A model generated the notes under the pieces. That model was not told the DNA's origin, made no database searches, and saw nothing but the letters and a program-made list of their open reading frames with translations. Below are positions 50,951 through 60,798 of a DNA stretch of 64,000 nucleotides, in pieces. Source of the stretch: Alphaproteobacteria bacterium (lineage in GTDB: Bacteria > Pseudomonadota > Alphaproteobacteria > UBA6615); NCBI GenBank assembly GCA_965261975.1, contig CBDHEC010000046.1, forward strand, positions 1 through 64,000. The letters run 5' to 3'. The position numbers were made by a program, and so were the translations under genes. Each line of letters opens with the position of its first letter. The stretch's first letter is position 1.

Positions 50951-51835
50951 TCAGCCTTTCCGGTTGAGCCGTTGCAGGACATCATCGAGCTGATCGAAGG
51001 TGCTGAACTCGATCTCCAGCACACCCTTGCCCGAACTCTCGTCGCCGCGCGGATTGATCGAGACCTTCAGGCCGAGGACGTCCGACAGGTCGCGCTCCAA
51101 CGCCAGCGTGTCGGTGCTCTTCGAGGGCTTCGCTTTCTTCGGTTTTTTCCGGCCGGCAGCCTTGCTTACCCTTCCCTCGATATCGCGCACGGTCATGCCG
51201 TCCCGCGCGATCTTGTGTGCCAGCTCCACCGCATCTTCGCGCCCGACCAGCGCGCGCGCATGCCCGGCTGTCAGCTCCCCGCGATCAACCATCGCGCGGA
51301 CCTCGTCCGGCAGCGTGAGCAACCGAAGCTGGTTCGCGATATGGCTGCGGCTCTTGCCCATGGCCTTGGCCAGCGCATCCTGGGTGTGGGAGAAGTGATC
51401 CATCAGGCGCTGGTAGCCTTCGGCCTCCTCAATCGGTGACAGGTCCGCGCGCTGGATATTCTCGATCAGAGCAATCTCCAGTGCCGCCCTGTCGTCCAGC
51501 TCGCGGATGATGACCGGGACCTCGTGCAGCTTCGCGCGCTGTGCGGCCCGCCAGCGACGCTCGCCGGCAATAATTTCATACAAATCGGCCTGCACCGGAT
51601 CGCGTCGGACCAGGATCGGCTGCAGGATGCCCTTCTCACGGATCGATTCGACGAGCGAGGCGAGTTCGTCCTCGTTGAAGTTCGTACGCGGCTGGAAGCG
51701 ACCCGGGTGGAGCTGCTCGATCGGTAGCTCGCGTGCAGGCTTGGCCTTTTCCAGTTCCTGATAGTCTTCGCCGTCGTCGCCCAGAAGTGCCGACAGGCCG
51801 CGGCCGAGGCGCGGCCGCGAGGTGGGTTCGCTCAT
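50951..51835 (-). CDS. parB: Chromosome partitioning protein ParB
   Basis: LGRGLSALL, QPR, IIAGERRWRAA, ENIQRADL, HTH GKSRSHIANQLRLL. Confidence 0.97.
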   Translation of the reverse strand: MSEPTSRPRLGRGLSALLGDDGEDYQELEKAKPARELPIEQLHPGRFQPRTNFNEDELASLVESIREKGILQPILVRRDPVQADLYEIIAGERRWRAAQRAKLHEVPVIIRELDDRAALEIALIENIQRADLSPIEEAEGYQRLMDHFSHTQDALAKAMGKSRSHIANQLRLLTLPDEVRAMVDRGELTAGHARALVGREDAVELAHKIARDGMTVRDIEGRVSKAAGRKKPKKAKPSKSTDTLALERDLSDVLGLKVSINPRGDESSGKGVLEIEFSTFDQLDDVLQRLNRKG

Positions 51836-52689
51836 TCGGCTGCCTCCCCGATGGGCCCGATACCTTCGCGCCGCAGGAGCTCGGCCGCCAGGCGGGCATA
51901 GGCCTGGGCGCCGGAGCAGGCCAGGTCGTAGACCAGCGCCGGTTTCCCATAGGACGGCGCCTCGGACAGGCGGACATTGCGCGGAATGACTGTCTTGTAG
52001 ACCCGATCGTTGAAATGCGCCCGGACATCCGCCTCGACCGAACGGCACAGATTATTGCGGCCGTCATGCATCGTCAGCACGATGCCCTGAATATCCAGGC
52101 GTTCGTTGTAGGCACGGCGAATGCGCTCGATCGATTTCATCAGCCGGGTCATGCCCTCCAGGGCGAAATACTCGCACTGCAGCGGGACGAGGACCGAATC
52201 CGCGGCAACCAGCGCGTTGATGGTGAGCAAACCAAGCGCCGGCGGGCAATCAATCAGGACGTAGTCGTACCTGCCCAGGACGGGCGCCATGGTTTCACGG
52301 AGCCGGGACTCCCGGTGGGGAATGTCGATCAGCTCGATCTCCGCGCCCGCCAGGTCAGCGGATGCGGGCGCCACATCGAGCCCGGGAATTTCCGTCCGGC
52401 AGATCACATCGTCGAAACGGCCGCCGCCGATGATGACGTCATACACATCTGTTTCATATTCTGAAACACCCAGGCCCGTGGAGGCGTTCCCCTGGGGGTC
52501 GAGATCGACCACCAGGACGCTTTGGCCGCAGGCGGCCAGGCCGGTCGCCAGGTTGATCGCGGTGGTGGTTTTGCCGACACCGCCCTTTTGATTGGCCACC
52601 GCTATGGTGCGTGTACCCCGCGCTCGCGCTGGGCCCTCGGGCATGAACGGGCCGGTTGTCGGGCGGTCAAAGATGCGCTGATCAGACAC
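51832..52689 (-). CDS. parA: Chromosome partitioning ATPase ParA
   Basis: NQKGGVGKTT, DLDPQGNAS, DCPPALG, IPRNVRLSEAPS. Confidence 0.97.
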   Translation of the reverse strand: MSDQRIFDRPTTGPFMPEGPARARGTRTIAVANQKGGVGKTTTAINLATGLAACGQSVLVVDLDPQGNASTGLGVSEYETDVYDVIIGGGRFDDVICRTEIPGLDVAPASADLAGAEIELIDIPHRESRLRETMAPVLGRYDYVLIDCPPALGLLTINALVAADSVLVPLQCEYFALEGMTRLMKSIERIRRAYNERLDIQGIVLTMHDGRNNLCRSVEADVRAHFNDRVYKTVIPRNVRLSEAPSYGKPALVYDLACSGAQAYARLAAELLRREGIGPIGEAAE

Positions 52690-53338
52690 GAGACAGGTTC
52701 CTTATCTTGAGCACCACGCCATCCGGCTCGGACAGGCTCGGGTGTTGTTCCACTTGCATATTCCAGTTTTCGCGCGCGTCGGTCAATTCGTCTTCGACAC
52801 GCGCGCCCTTGAGAAAAAGACAGTATCCGTCGGGTTCCAGGAGCCCGTCGGCATGGCCAAGGAGGCCCGACAGGGGCGCGAGCGCCCGGGCAACTACGAC
52901 ATCGAAGGTACCCGTGTCGAGCTTCTCGATCCGGCCCTCGGCGATCTCGGCACTCGCATCGGTCAGGCGGCGAACCTCCCGGAGAAACGCGCACTTGCGG
53001 GCATCGGACTCGGCCAGGACCACCCGGGCGCCGGTGATGATCGAGACAAGCAGACCGGGGAAACCGGCGCCGCTGCCCATGTCCAGCACCCGCATCTCCG
53101 GCGTTATCCATTTGACCAGCTGGGCGGAATCGAGGAAATGTCGCCGCCACACATCTTCGAGGGACCGGTTCGAGACCAGGTTGATCCGCGGCTGCCAGGC
53201 CCGCAGGGTCTCCGCATAGACGTCGATCCGCGACAATGTTTCACGTGAAACATGTCGTTCCCCCGCTGTCGCATCTGTCACGAACGCGGCGAATTCATCG
53301 CGGGTCATCGGAGAGGACGAGGGGGCGCCGAAATTCAT
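52682..53338 (-). CDS. rsmG: 16S rRNA m7G527 methyltransferase
   Basis: INLVS..RHFLDSAQL, DMGSGAGFPG, ARALA, LKG. Confidence 0.95.
   Translation of the reverse strand: MNFGAPSSSPMTRDEFAAFVTDATAGERHVSRETLSRIDVYAETLRAWQPRINLVSNRSLEDVWRRHFLDSAQLVKWITPEMRVLDMGSGAGFPGLLVSIITGARVVLAESDARKCAFLREVRRLTDASAEIAEGRIEKLDTGTFDVVVARALAPLSGLLGHADGLLEPDGYCLFLKGARVEDELTDARENWNMQVEQHPSLSEPDGVVLKIRNLSRV
53237..53252. promoter_or_regulatory. parS site inside rsmG
   Basis: Perfect palindrome TGTTTCACGTGAAACA. Confidence 0.92.
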
Positions 53339-53344
53339 GCGCTC

Positions 53345-53373
53345 CCTATAGCAAGGATGAGACTAGGCACCAA
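53345..53373 (-). promoter_or_regulatory. Candidate sigma-70 promoter for rsmG-parA-parB
   Basis: TTGGTG-N17-TATAGG ending 7 bp before ATG 53338. Confidence 0.35.
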
Positions 53374-55273
53374 CCACAATATGTTGGGCACTACCATCGC
53401 TTTTCTTGTGTTTGCGCTTCACATAGCGGAGCAAGACCACCAGTGCTGCCGGGGTGACGCCGGGGACACGCCCGGCCTGGCCGAGGGTTGCCGGACGCAA
53501 CCGGTCCAGCTTCTCGGCAATCTCGTTCGACAGTCCCGACACGGCGCGATAATCGAAATCATCCGGCAACACGAGCGCCTCGTCCCGCCGATAGGCCTCC
53601 ACGTCGGCCGCCTGGCGATCGAGATAGCGGGCATACTTCGCCTCGATCTCCATGGTCGCCCGGATCGGCGCCGGGATCTCCGCGAGGGCCGGCCAGATCT
53701 CCGCCGCCTGATCGAAGCTCGTATCGGGCATGGTCAGGAGGTCGAAGGCGGTCCGCCGAACTCCGTCCCGGTTTATCTGTATCCCGTACTGGGCAAGGGC
53801 GTCGGGTGTCGCATTGACCGCCTCAAGTTGCGCGCGCGCCTGGTCCAGCGCCGCCGCCTTGCGTTCATAACGTTGCGCCCGGGCCGCGCCCACGCAACCA
53901 ATCTCCACCCCGAGACGGGTGAGGCGCTGGTCCGCATTGTCGGCGCGCAACAGGAGACGATACTCGGCGCGCGACGTGAACATCCGATAGGGCTCGTCGG
54001 CCCCGCGGGTGATCAGATCGTCGACCATCACGCCGATGTAGGATTGTGCCCGATCGGGCCGAAAACGAACCGCGCTCCCCGACGCGACCAGCGCGGCGTT
54101 GATTCCGGCCACCAGCCCCTGGCCCGCAGCCTCTTCATACCCGGTAGTGCCATTGATCTGACCCGCCAGGAACAACCCGGAAATCCGCCTCGTTTCCAAA
54201 GTAGTGCCAAGTTCACGCGGGTCGACGTAATCATATTCGATGGCGTAGCCGGGGCGGAGCACAGTCGCATTTTCAAGCCCCGGAATCGCCCGCAACATCG
54301 CCCGCTGCACATCCTCGGGCAGGGACGTGGAAATGCCGTTGGGATAGACCGTGTCGTCATCCAGCCCCTCGGGCTCGAGGAAGATCTGGTGATGCTCCTT
54401 GTCGGCGAAACGAACCACCTTGTCCTCGATCGACGGGCAGTAGCGCGGGCCGCCGCTTTCGATCTGGCCGGAATAGATCGGCGCGCGGTCCAGGTTCGCA
54501 CGAATCAGCTCGTGGACCGCGGAACTGGTGTGGGTGATGTGGCAATCGATCTGGGGCGTGGTAATCGCGTCGGTCATGTAGGAGAAGGGCACCGGCGGCG
54601 TATCGCCCGGCTGCCGGTCGAGGCCGTCCCAGTCGATCGTACGGCCGTCGAGGCGCGGGGGAGTCCCGGTTTTCAGGCGTCCCAGCGCAAACCCGGCGGA
54701 TTCCAGCGTCTTCGAAAGCCCCATCGCCGGAGCCTCCCCGTACCGCCCCGCCGGCGTCTGGCTCTCGCCGATATGGATGACACCGCGCAGGAACGTCCCG
54801 GCCGTCAGGACCACGCAGCCGGCAGCGATCTCACGCCCGTCCGACAGCACCACGCCCGAGGCCCGGCCGTCCGGGTCAAGCATCAGGTCGTCCACGCCGG
54901 CGCCGAGAATATCGAGATTCTCCTGCTCGGCGAGGATGTCCTGGATCGCCTGCCGGTAGAGCTTCCGATCGGCCTGGGCGCGGGGCCCCCAGACAGCAGG
55001 CCCCTTGGTCCGGTTGAGCATCCGGAACTGGATTCCGCCACGGTCGATCGCCCGGCCCATGATCCCGTCCAGGGCGTCGATCTCGCGCACGAGATGTCCC
55101 TTGCCCAACCCGCCGATCGCGGGATTGCAGGACATTTCGCCGATGGTCTCGAGCCTGTGGGTGACCAGGAGGGTGGACGCGCCGACCCGCGCAGAAGCCG
55201 CCGCGGCCTCACAGCCGGCATGGCCGCCGCCGATCACGATCACATCGTAGGTCTTGCTTTCCGGGTTGCTCAT
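53363..55273 (-). CDS. mnmG: tRNA uridine-34 modification enzyme MnmG (GidA)
   Basis: [42 protein letters not shown]. Confidence 0.98.
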   Translation of the reverse strand: MSNPESKTYDVIVIGGGHAGCEAAAASARVGASTLLVTHRLETIGEMSCNPAIGGLGKGHLVREIDALDGIMGRAIDRGGIQFRMLNRTKGPAVWGPRAQADRKLYRQAIQDILAEQENLDILGAGVDDLMLDPDGRASGVVLSDGREIAAGCVVLTAGTFLRGVIHIGESQTPAGRYGEAPAMGLSKTLESAGFALGRLKTGTPPRLDGRTIDWDGLDRQPGDTPPVPFSYMTDAITTPQIDCHITHTSSAVHELIRANLDRAPIYSGQIESGGPRYCPSIEDKVVRFADKEHHQIFLEPEGLDDDTVYPNGISTSLPEDVQRAMLRAIPGLENATVLRPGYAIEYDYVDPRELGTTLETRRISGLFLAGQINGTTGYEEAAGQGLVAGINAALVASGSAVRFRPDRAQSYIGVMVDDLITRGADEPYRMFTSRAEYRLLLRADNADQRLTRLGVEIGCVGAARAQRYERKAAALDQARAQLEAVNATPDALAQYGIQINRDGVRRTAFDLLTMPDTSFDQAAEIWPALAEIPAPIRATMEIEAKYARYLDRQAADVEAYRRDEALVLPDDFDYRAVSGLSNEIAEKLDRLRPATLGQAGRVPGVTPAALVVLLRYVKRKHKKSDGSAQHIVVGA

Positions 55274-55363
55274 TGCGCGCGCTATGTAGGCCCTGTGGCC
55301 GAGCCTGTCAAAGAAGCATATCGGGGAGCTTCCGTATGGCCCCATGGGCACCCGGAAATCCGA

Positions 55364-55379
55364 TGTTTCACGTGAAACA
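55364..55379. promoter_or_regulatory. parS site between mnmE and mnmG
   Basis: Perfect palindrome TGTTTCACGTGAAACA. Confidence 0.93.
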
Positions 55380-55396
55380 TTCCCACCCGGGTATTC

Positions 55397-56728
55397 CTAC
55401 TTCCCAATGCAGAAATCACGGAAAACCGTGTCCAGGATCTCGTCGATATCCACCCGGCCGGTGATCCGGCCCAGCGCCCGCAGCGCAACCCGGGCATCCT
55501 CCGCGGCGAGCTCGGGGTAGGCCGCGTCGGCCACATTCGACAGCGCGGCGTTGGCCTCCACCAAGGCGTCGCGATGGCGCTGGCGAGTCGGCAGGGGTGC
55601 TTCGGTCGACTCCAGGCGGTCGCGAACGAGGGCGGTCAGCCGGTCGAGCAAATCCTCCATCCCCGCGCCGGTGCCTGCCGACACGAGCATCGGCGACACG
55701 GGCAACGCCGGGGCGCCATAGTCGCCGTCGAGCAAATCCGCCTTGTTCGCCACCACAAGGGTCTCGTCGGTGATCAGGGCGCGGACTTTCGCGGGCAAGG
55801 TAGCATCGGTCGCATCGAGCACCACGAGCCGCAGGGCGGCACTCTCGGCGCGCTGTTGGGCCCGCCTGACGCCCTCGGCCTCGATATCGTCGGAAGCTTC
55901 ACGGATGCCGGCCGTGTCCGAAACGGTGACCGCGAACCCGCCGAGATTGAGCTGCACCTCGATCACATCACGGGTCGTACCAGCGACCTCGGAAATTATG
56001 GCCACGTCGCGTTGTGCTAAGTAATTGAGAATACTGGATTTTCCAACATTCGGCGCGCCAAGTATGACTATCGGGAAGCCGCTGCGGATTTGTTCACCCC
56101 GATCTGCACCTACTATATGTTGTGCTATTTCGGCGTTGAGCGCGGCGATGCGTGCCTCGGTCCCGGCCTTCAACCCCTCGGGCAGCTCCTCGTCGGAGAA
56201 GTCGATTTCGGCCTCTGCGTAGCCCATCAGGTCGACCAGGCGCGCGCGCCAGCCTTCATAGAGATCCGCCAACGCCCCGTCATACTGGCGGAGTGCCAGC
56301 CGCCGCTGGGCGTCGGTCTGGGCCGCCACGAGGTCCGCCAGGCCCTCCGCCGCGGTCAGATCGAGCTTGCCGTTTTCGAATGCGCGCCGGGTGAATTCAC
56401 CCGGTTCGGCGTGCCGGGCCAGGCCGGCGGCAGAGATCGCCTCGAACACCGCCTCCAGAACGGCGCGTCCGCCGTGCACCTGCAGCTCCGCGACATCCTC
56501 ACCGGTGAAGCTGTCGGGCCCGGGAAACCGCAAGACCAGCGCCTGGTCTATAACCGCACCGTCGGCGTGTAGTTTATGTAACGCGGCATAACGCGCATCG
56601 GGCAACGGCGAGACCCCGAGCGAGGTCAGGAGCGCATCGGCATAGGGACCGGAAATGCGCACGACCGAGACGCCGGCCAGCCCCGCGCCGCTCGACAATG
56701 CAAAGATGGTATCTGCTGCGGTGCCCAA
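55397..56728 (-). CDS. mnmE: tRNA modification GTPase MnmE (TrmE)
   Basis: SFTGED..E..HGG, GAPNVGKSS, GTTRD, DTAG, NK.D, FCIGK. Confidence 0.97.
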   Translation of the reverse strand: MGTAADTIFALSSGAGLAGVSVVRISGPYADALLTSLGVSPLPDARYAALHKLHADGAVIDQALVLRFPGPDSFTGEDVAELQVHGGRAVLEAVFEAISAAGLARHAEPGEFTRRAFENGKLDLTAAEGLADLVAAQTDAQRRLALRQYDGALADLYEGWRARLVDLMGYAEAEIDFSDEELPEGLKAGTEARIAALNAEIAQHIVGADRGEQIRSGFPIVILGAPNVGKSSILNYLAQRDVAIISEVAGTTRDVIEVQLNLGGFAVTVSDTAGIREASDDIEAEGVRRAQQRAESAALRLVVLDATDATLPAKVRALITDETLVVANKADLLDGDYGAPALPVSPMLVSAGTGAGMEDLLDRLTALVRDRLESTEAPLPTRQRHRDALVEANAALSNVADAAYPELAAEDARVALRALGRITGRVDIDEILDTVFRDFCIGK

Positions 56729-56735
56729 GGCAGGA

Positions 56736-57002
56736 TTACTTGCCGGGCTTGGTCGCGTTGGTCATCGACGACCAGAACGCATTCTGGAACTGTTCCCAGC
56801 CCTCGGCAGCGTCCGCGCCGGGCATGCCGCCGTCCGGCATCCACGCCTTGAACAGGCTCTGGGGGTCCATGGCCGACATCGCCTCCATGGCCTGCTTCTG
56901 CCATTCCTCGACGACCGCCTGCTGCGCCGCCGAGACGTCCGGCAGACCCATGAAGCTGCGCGCCTCTTCGGGGGTGCAATCGATATCGATCGTGACTTTC
57001 AT
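56736..57002 (-). CDS. DUF6489-like small protein
   Basis: MKVTIDIDCTPEEARSFMGLPDV. Confidence 0.8.
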   Translation of the reverse strand: MKVTIDIDCTPEEARSFMGLPDVSAAQQAVVEEWQKQAMEAMSAMDPQSLFKAWMPDGGMPGADAAEGWEQFQNAFWSSMTNATKPGK

Positions 57003-57108
57003 CTTCCGTGCCTCCACAAGCTGCCTTGCCACCACCTTGTCTATGCGCGCGGCGCACCGACATTGTAGGTTGCGTTATCTTCCATCCCGATAGACCCGAG
57101 ACCGCCAC

Positions 57109-59136
57109 ATGTCCGAACAGACGTCGCAAAACATGCTGGCGAACGAGACCAGTCCGTATCTTCTGCAACACGCGGACAATCCCGTCCACTGGTATCCGTG
57201 GGGCGACGACGCCCTGGCGCGGGCCCAGGCCGAGAAAAAGCCGATCCTGCTGTCGATCGGCTATGCGGCCTGTCACTGGTGCCACGTGATGGCCCATGAG
57301 AGTTTCGAGGACGACGCCACCGCAAAAGTGATGAACGAGCTGTTCATCAACATCAAGGTCGACCGCGAGGAGCGCCCAGACCTGGACGCGATCTACCAGG
57401 GCGCGCTGTCCCTGATGGGCGAGCAGGGGGGCTGGCCGCTCACCATGTTCTGCACGCCCGAGGGCAAGCCCTTCTGGGGCGGCACCTATTTTCCGCCGCG
57501 CGCGGGCATGGGCCGGCCGGGCTTCCCGGACCTGCTGATGAATATCGACAAGATCTACCGGGTCGAGCAGGAGAAGGTGCAGTCCAACACGCAAGCCATC
57601 CTGCAGGCGCTCGGGGACATGGCCCGGCCTCAGCCGGGCGCGGCACCCGGGCCCGAACAGATCACCGCCTTCGCCGACGCGATCGCCGAGCAGGTCGACC
57701 GGCGCCATGGCGGCTTCGGCACCGCACCGAAATTCCCCCAATGCGGGGTGCTCGCGCTGATGTGGGCCCATGGCGGCGAGGCCGCGCGCGACGCCGTGAC
57801 ACTGACCCTCGACCGGATGGCCCAGGGCGGCATCTACGATCATCTGGGCGGCGGGTTCGCGCGCTACTCCACCGACGCGGCCTGGCTGGCGCCCCATTTC
57901 GAGAAGGTGCTCTACGACAACGCCCAGCTGCTGGAGCTCTACGCCCAGGCCTGGCGCGGCACGAAGGCTCCGCTCTATGCGCAACGCGCCGAGGAAACGG
58001 TCGCCTGGCTGCTGCGCGAGATGACCCACCCCGAGGGCGGCTTCTGCGCCACCCTGGATGCGGACTCCGAAGGGGTGGAGGGCAAGTTCTACGTCTGGAG
58101 CGAGGCGGAAATCGACGCGACGCTCGGCGCCGATGCCGGCTTGTTCAAGGACCATTACGACGTCCGGCCCGACGGCAACTGGGACGGCCACAACATCCTG
58201 AACCGGACCCGCGACCCGGGACTGAAAGACGCCGACACCGAGGCACGCCTGGCCGCGGCCCGGGCCAAGCTGTTCGAGGTTCGCGCGCCACGCATTCGCC
58301 CCGCGCTGGACGACAAGATCCTCACCGACTGGAACGGGCTGATGATTGCCGGACTGGTCGAGGCGGCGATGACCTTCGCCCGGCCGGACTGGCTGGAGGC
58401 CGCACACAACGCCTATGGCTTCGTGCGCCACCATCTCGCCACCGCCCTCCCGGACGACAGCATCGAACTCACCCACAGCTGGCGGGGCGGCGAGGCGCGC
58501 CACCGCGCCACCCTCGACGACTACGCCAGCCTGATGACCGGCGCATTGGCGCTTCACGAGGCGACGGGCGCGCAGCAAATGCTCGACGATGCGCGCGGGC
58601 TGGCGGCCTATATCGAGGGGCATTTCGCGTCGACGGACGGGTCGTATTTCTTCACCTCCGACCTCGCCACCGACGTGATCACCCGCACCCGTACCGGCTT
58701 CGACAACGCCACCCCGGCGGGCAACGGGCTGCTCGCCACGGCGCTCACCCGGATGTTCTACCTGACCGGCGACCCGGTTTATCGCGACCGGGCCACGGCG
58801 ATCATCGAGGCCTTCTCGGGCGAGATCGACAACAACGCCTTCGGTTACGGCACGTTGCTGCGCGCGTCGGGCCTGCTCGCCGCCGCGACCCAGATCGCGA
58901 TCATCGGCGACCCGGACGCCCCCGGGACGAAAGCCCTGCAGCGCGCCGCCTTCCGGGGTGCCGCGCCCGAGCGGATCGTCTCGGTGATCGCGCCGAAGGG
59001 CACCCTGCCCGACGGGCACCCGGTGACCGGCAAGGAGCCTGTCGACGGCAAGCCCACCGCCTATGTCTGCCGCGGGCCGGTCTGCTCCCTGCCGATCACG
59101 GGCAAGGACGAACTCATGGCGGAGCTCTCGCGGTGA
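57109..59136 (+). CDS. YyaL/SSP411 thioredoxin-domain glycosidase-like protein
   Basis: ETSPYLLQHADNPV.W, CHWCHVMAHESF, GGWPLT, PHFEK.LYDNA. Confidence 0.93.
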   Translation: MSEQTSQNMLANETSPYLLQHADNPVHWYPWGDDALARAQAEKKPILLSIGYAACHWCHVMAHESFEDDATAKVMNELFINIKVDREERPDLDAIYQGALSLMGEQGGWPLTMFCTPEGKPFWGGTYFPPRAGMGRPGFPDLLMNIDKIYRVEQEKVQSNTQAILQALGDMARPQPGAAPGPEQITAFADAIAEQVDRRHGGFGTAPKFPQCGVLALMWAHGGEAARDAVTLTLDRMAQGGIYDHLGGGFARYSTDAAWLAPHFEKVLYDNAQLLELYAQAWRGTKAPLYAQRAEETVAWLLREMTHPEGGFCATLDADSEGVEGKFYVWSEAEIDATLGADAGLFKDHYDVRPDGNWDGHNILNRTRDPGLKDADTEARLAAARAKLFEVRAPRIRPALDDKILTDWNGLMIAGLVEAAMTFARPDWLEAAHNAYGFVRHHLATALPDDSIELTHSWRGGEARHRATLDDYASLMTGALALHEATGAQQMLDDARGLAAYIEGHFASTDGSYFFTSDLATDVITRTRTGFDNATPAGNGLLATALTRMFYLTGDPVYRDRATAIIEAFSGEIDNNAFGYGTLLRASGLLAAATQIAIIGDPDAPGTKALQRAAFRGAAPERIVSVIAPKGTLPDGHPVTGKEPVDGKPTAYVCRGPVCSLPITGKDELMAELSR

Positions 59137-59669
59137 CGGGGACGGACGCAACACAGAGCTGCGTCCTGGAATCTCCCGTGGGCAACATCCGCGTGACGGC
59201 CGCGGGCGGTGCCGTCTCGGCCCTGGACTGGACCGATAAACAACCGCGCGTGCCCGGCACGAAAATCCTGCGCGACGCGGCCAGGCAGCTGGCGGAGTAT
59301 TTCGCCGGCACCCGCACCGAGTTCTTCCTGCGCCTCGCGCCCGTCGGCACGGACCACCAGAAGAAGGTCTGGGCCGCGATGTGCGAAATTCCGTCCGGCG
59401 CCGTGCGCAGCTATGGCGACATCGCCCGCGAGATCGGCTCGTCGGCCCGCGCGGTAGGCACGGCCTGCGGCAAGAACCCGATCCCGATCATCGTGCCGTG
59501 TCACCGGATTCTTTCGACCGGCGGCGGCATCGGCGGCTATTCCGGGCGCGGCGGCATCGCGACCAAGCGCCAGCTGCTCGCCCTCGAAGGCTATGCCGTC
59601 GCGGGCGACGATCAGGGCCACCTCGATCTTGAAGGCGGCCGTCTTGAAGGCGAAATCGCCAGCCGATAG
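59133..59669 (+). CDS. ogt: Methylated-DNA--protein-cysteine methyltransferase
   Basis: GTG overlapping the upstream stop; ARAVGTACGKNP.PIIVPCHR active site. Confidence 0.92.
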   Translation: MTGTDATQSCVLESPVGNIRVTAAGGAVSALDWTDKQPRVPGTKILRDAARQLAEYFAGTRTEFFLRLAPVGTDHQKKVWAAMCEIPSGAVRSYGDIAREIGSSARAVGTACGKNPIPIIVPCHRILSTGGGIGGYSGRGGIATKRQLLALEGYAVAGDDQGHLDLEGGRLEGEIASR

Positions 59670-59717
59670 GCTCGACACAACACGAACCCACAAAAGAACC
59701 TTTCAGGGGGAACTCAC

Positions 59718-60692
59718 ATGGTCCACGCAATCCGATTCCACGAGCCCGGCGGGCCGGAAGTCATGAAGTGGGAAGAGGTCGAGGTCGGCGATCCCGGCCC
59801 CGGCGAGATTCGCGTGAAACACACCGCCGCGGGCCTCAACTTCATCGACATCTATCTCCGTTCGGGTGCGCGCCCGGTCCCCATGCCGAACGGGCTGGGG
59901 CTCGAGGGCGCCGGCGAGATCGTCGCCGTGGGCGACGGCGTGAGCGACCTGGCCGTCGGTGACCGGGTCGGCTATGCCGACATGCCGCTCGGGGCCTACG
60001 CGGAAGAACGCGTGATGCCGGCGAAGATCACGGTGAAACTCCCCGACGGCATTTCCGACGAGCAGGCCGCGGCCATGATGCTCAAGGGCATGACCGTGCA
60101 GTTCCTGATCAAGTCCTGCTTCCCGGTCCAAAAAGGCCAGACCGTCCTGTGGCACGCGGCGGCCGGCGGGGTGGGCCTGATTGCGTGTCAGTGGCTCAAC
60201 CATCTCGGGGTCACGGTCATCGGCACCGTGGGTTCCGAAGAGAAGGCCGAACTCGCCAAGGCCCATGGCTGTCACCACACGATCAACTACAAGGACGAGG
60301 ATTTCGTCGCGCGGGTGAAGGAGATCACCGACGGCGCGGGCGTGCCCGTGGTCTATGACGCGACCGGCAAGGACACACTGCGCGGCTCCATGGAATGCCT
60401 CCAGCGGCGCGGCTACCTGATCAGCTTCGGCAATGCGTCCGGCGCACCCGACCCGGTCGAGCTCACAGAGCTCTCGGCCCATGGCTCGATCTACGCCGCC
60501 CGGCCCATGCTGTTCGACTTCACGGCCGAGCGCGACGAACTGCTGGCCTGTGCGGGCGACCTGTTCGACGTCGTGTCATCGGGCGCGGTGAAGATCGAGA
60601 TCAACCAGCGCTACCCGCTGTCGGAGACGGTGCAGGCCCATATCGACCTGGCCGGCCGCAAGACGACGGGTTCGACGATCCTGATGGCTTAG
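59718..60692 (+). CDS. qor: NADPH:quinone oxidoreductase (zeta-crystallin family)
   Basis: GLNFIDIY.R.G, HAAAGGVG, FGNASG, RKTTGS. Confidence 0.92.
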   Translation: MVHAIRFHEPGGPEVMKWEEVEVGDPGPGEIRVKHTAAGLNFIDIYLRSGARPVPMPNGLGLEGAGEIVAVGDGVSDLAVGDRVGYADMPLGAYAEERVMPAKITVKLPDGISDEQAAAMMLKGMTVQFLIKSCFPVQKGQTVLWHAAAGGVGLIACQWLNHLGVTVIGTVGSEEKAELAKAHGCHHTINYKDEDFVARVKEITDGAGVPVVYDATGKDTLRGSMECLQRRGYLISFGNASGAPDPVELTELSAHGSIYAARPMLFDFTAERDELLACAGDLFDVVSSGAVKIEINQRYPLSETVQAHIDLAGRKTTGSTILMA

Positions 60693-60798
60693 GCAAACCG
60701 TCATACGCAAATCCGATCCGCGCATCTCGGCACGGACAGAAACGAGACGCCCGGATCAGGTCCGGGCTCGACAAATGGAGAGGTGAGGCCGAGAGCCC

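Noticed and set aside
53236-53457. ORF beginning MFHVKH
   Set aside because: It is the translation of the parS palindrome, antisense to rsmG.
57741-59132. Long N-terminal extension of ogt; likewise the extended starts of ORFs 42241-44487 and 42520-44196
   Set aside because: The extensions overlap real genes in other frames; starts were reassigned.
56626-59154. 842-aa antisense ORF and similar long shadow ORFs (53252-55375, 23071-24606, 35676-37124, 20277-21647)
   Set aside because: They mirror well-supported genes in high-GC DNA and have no motifs of their own.
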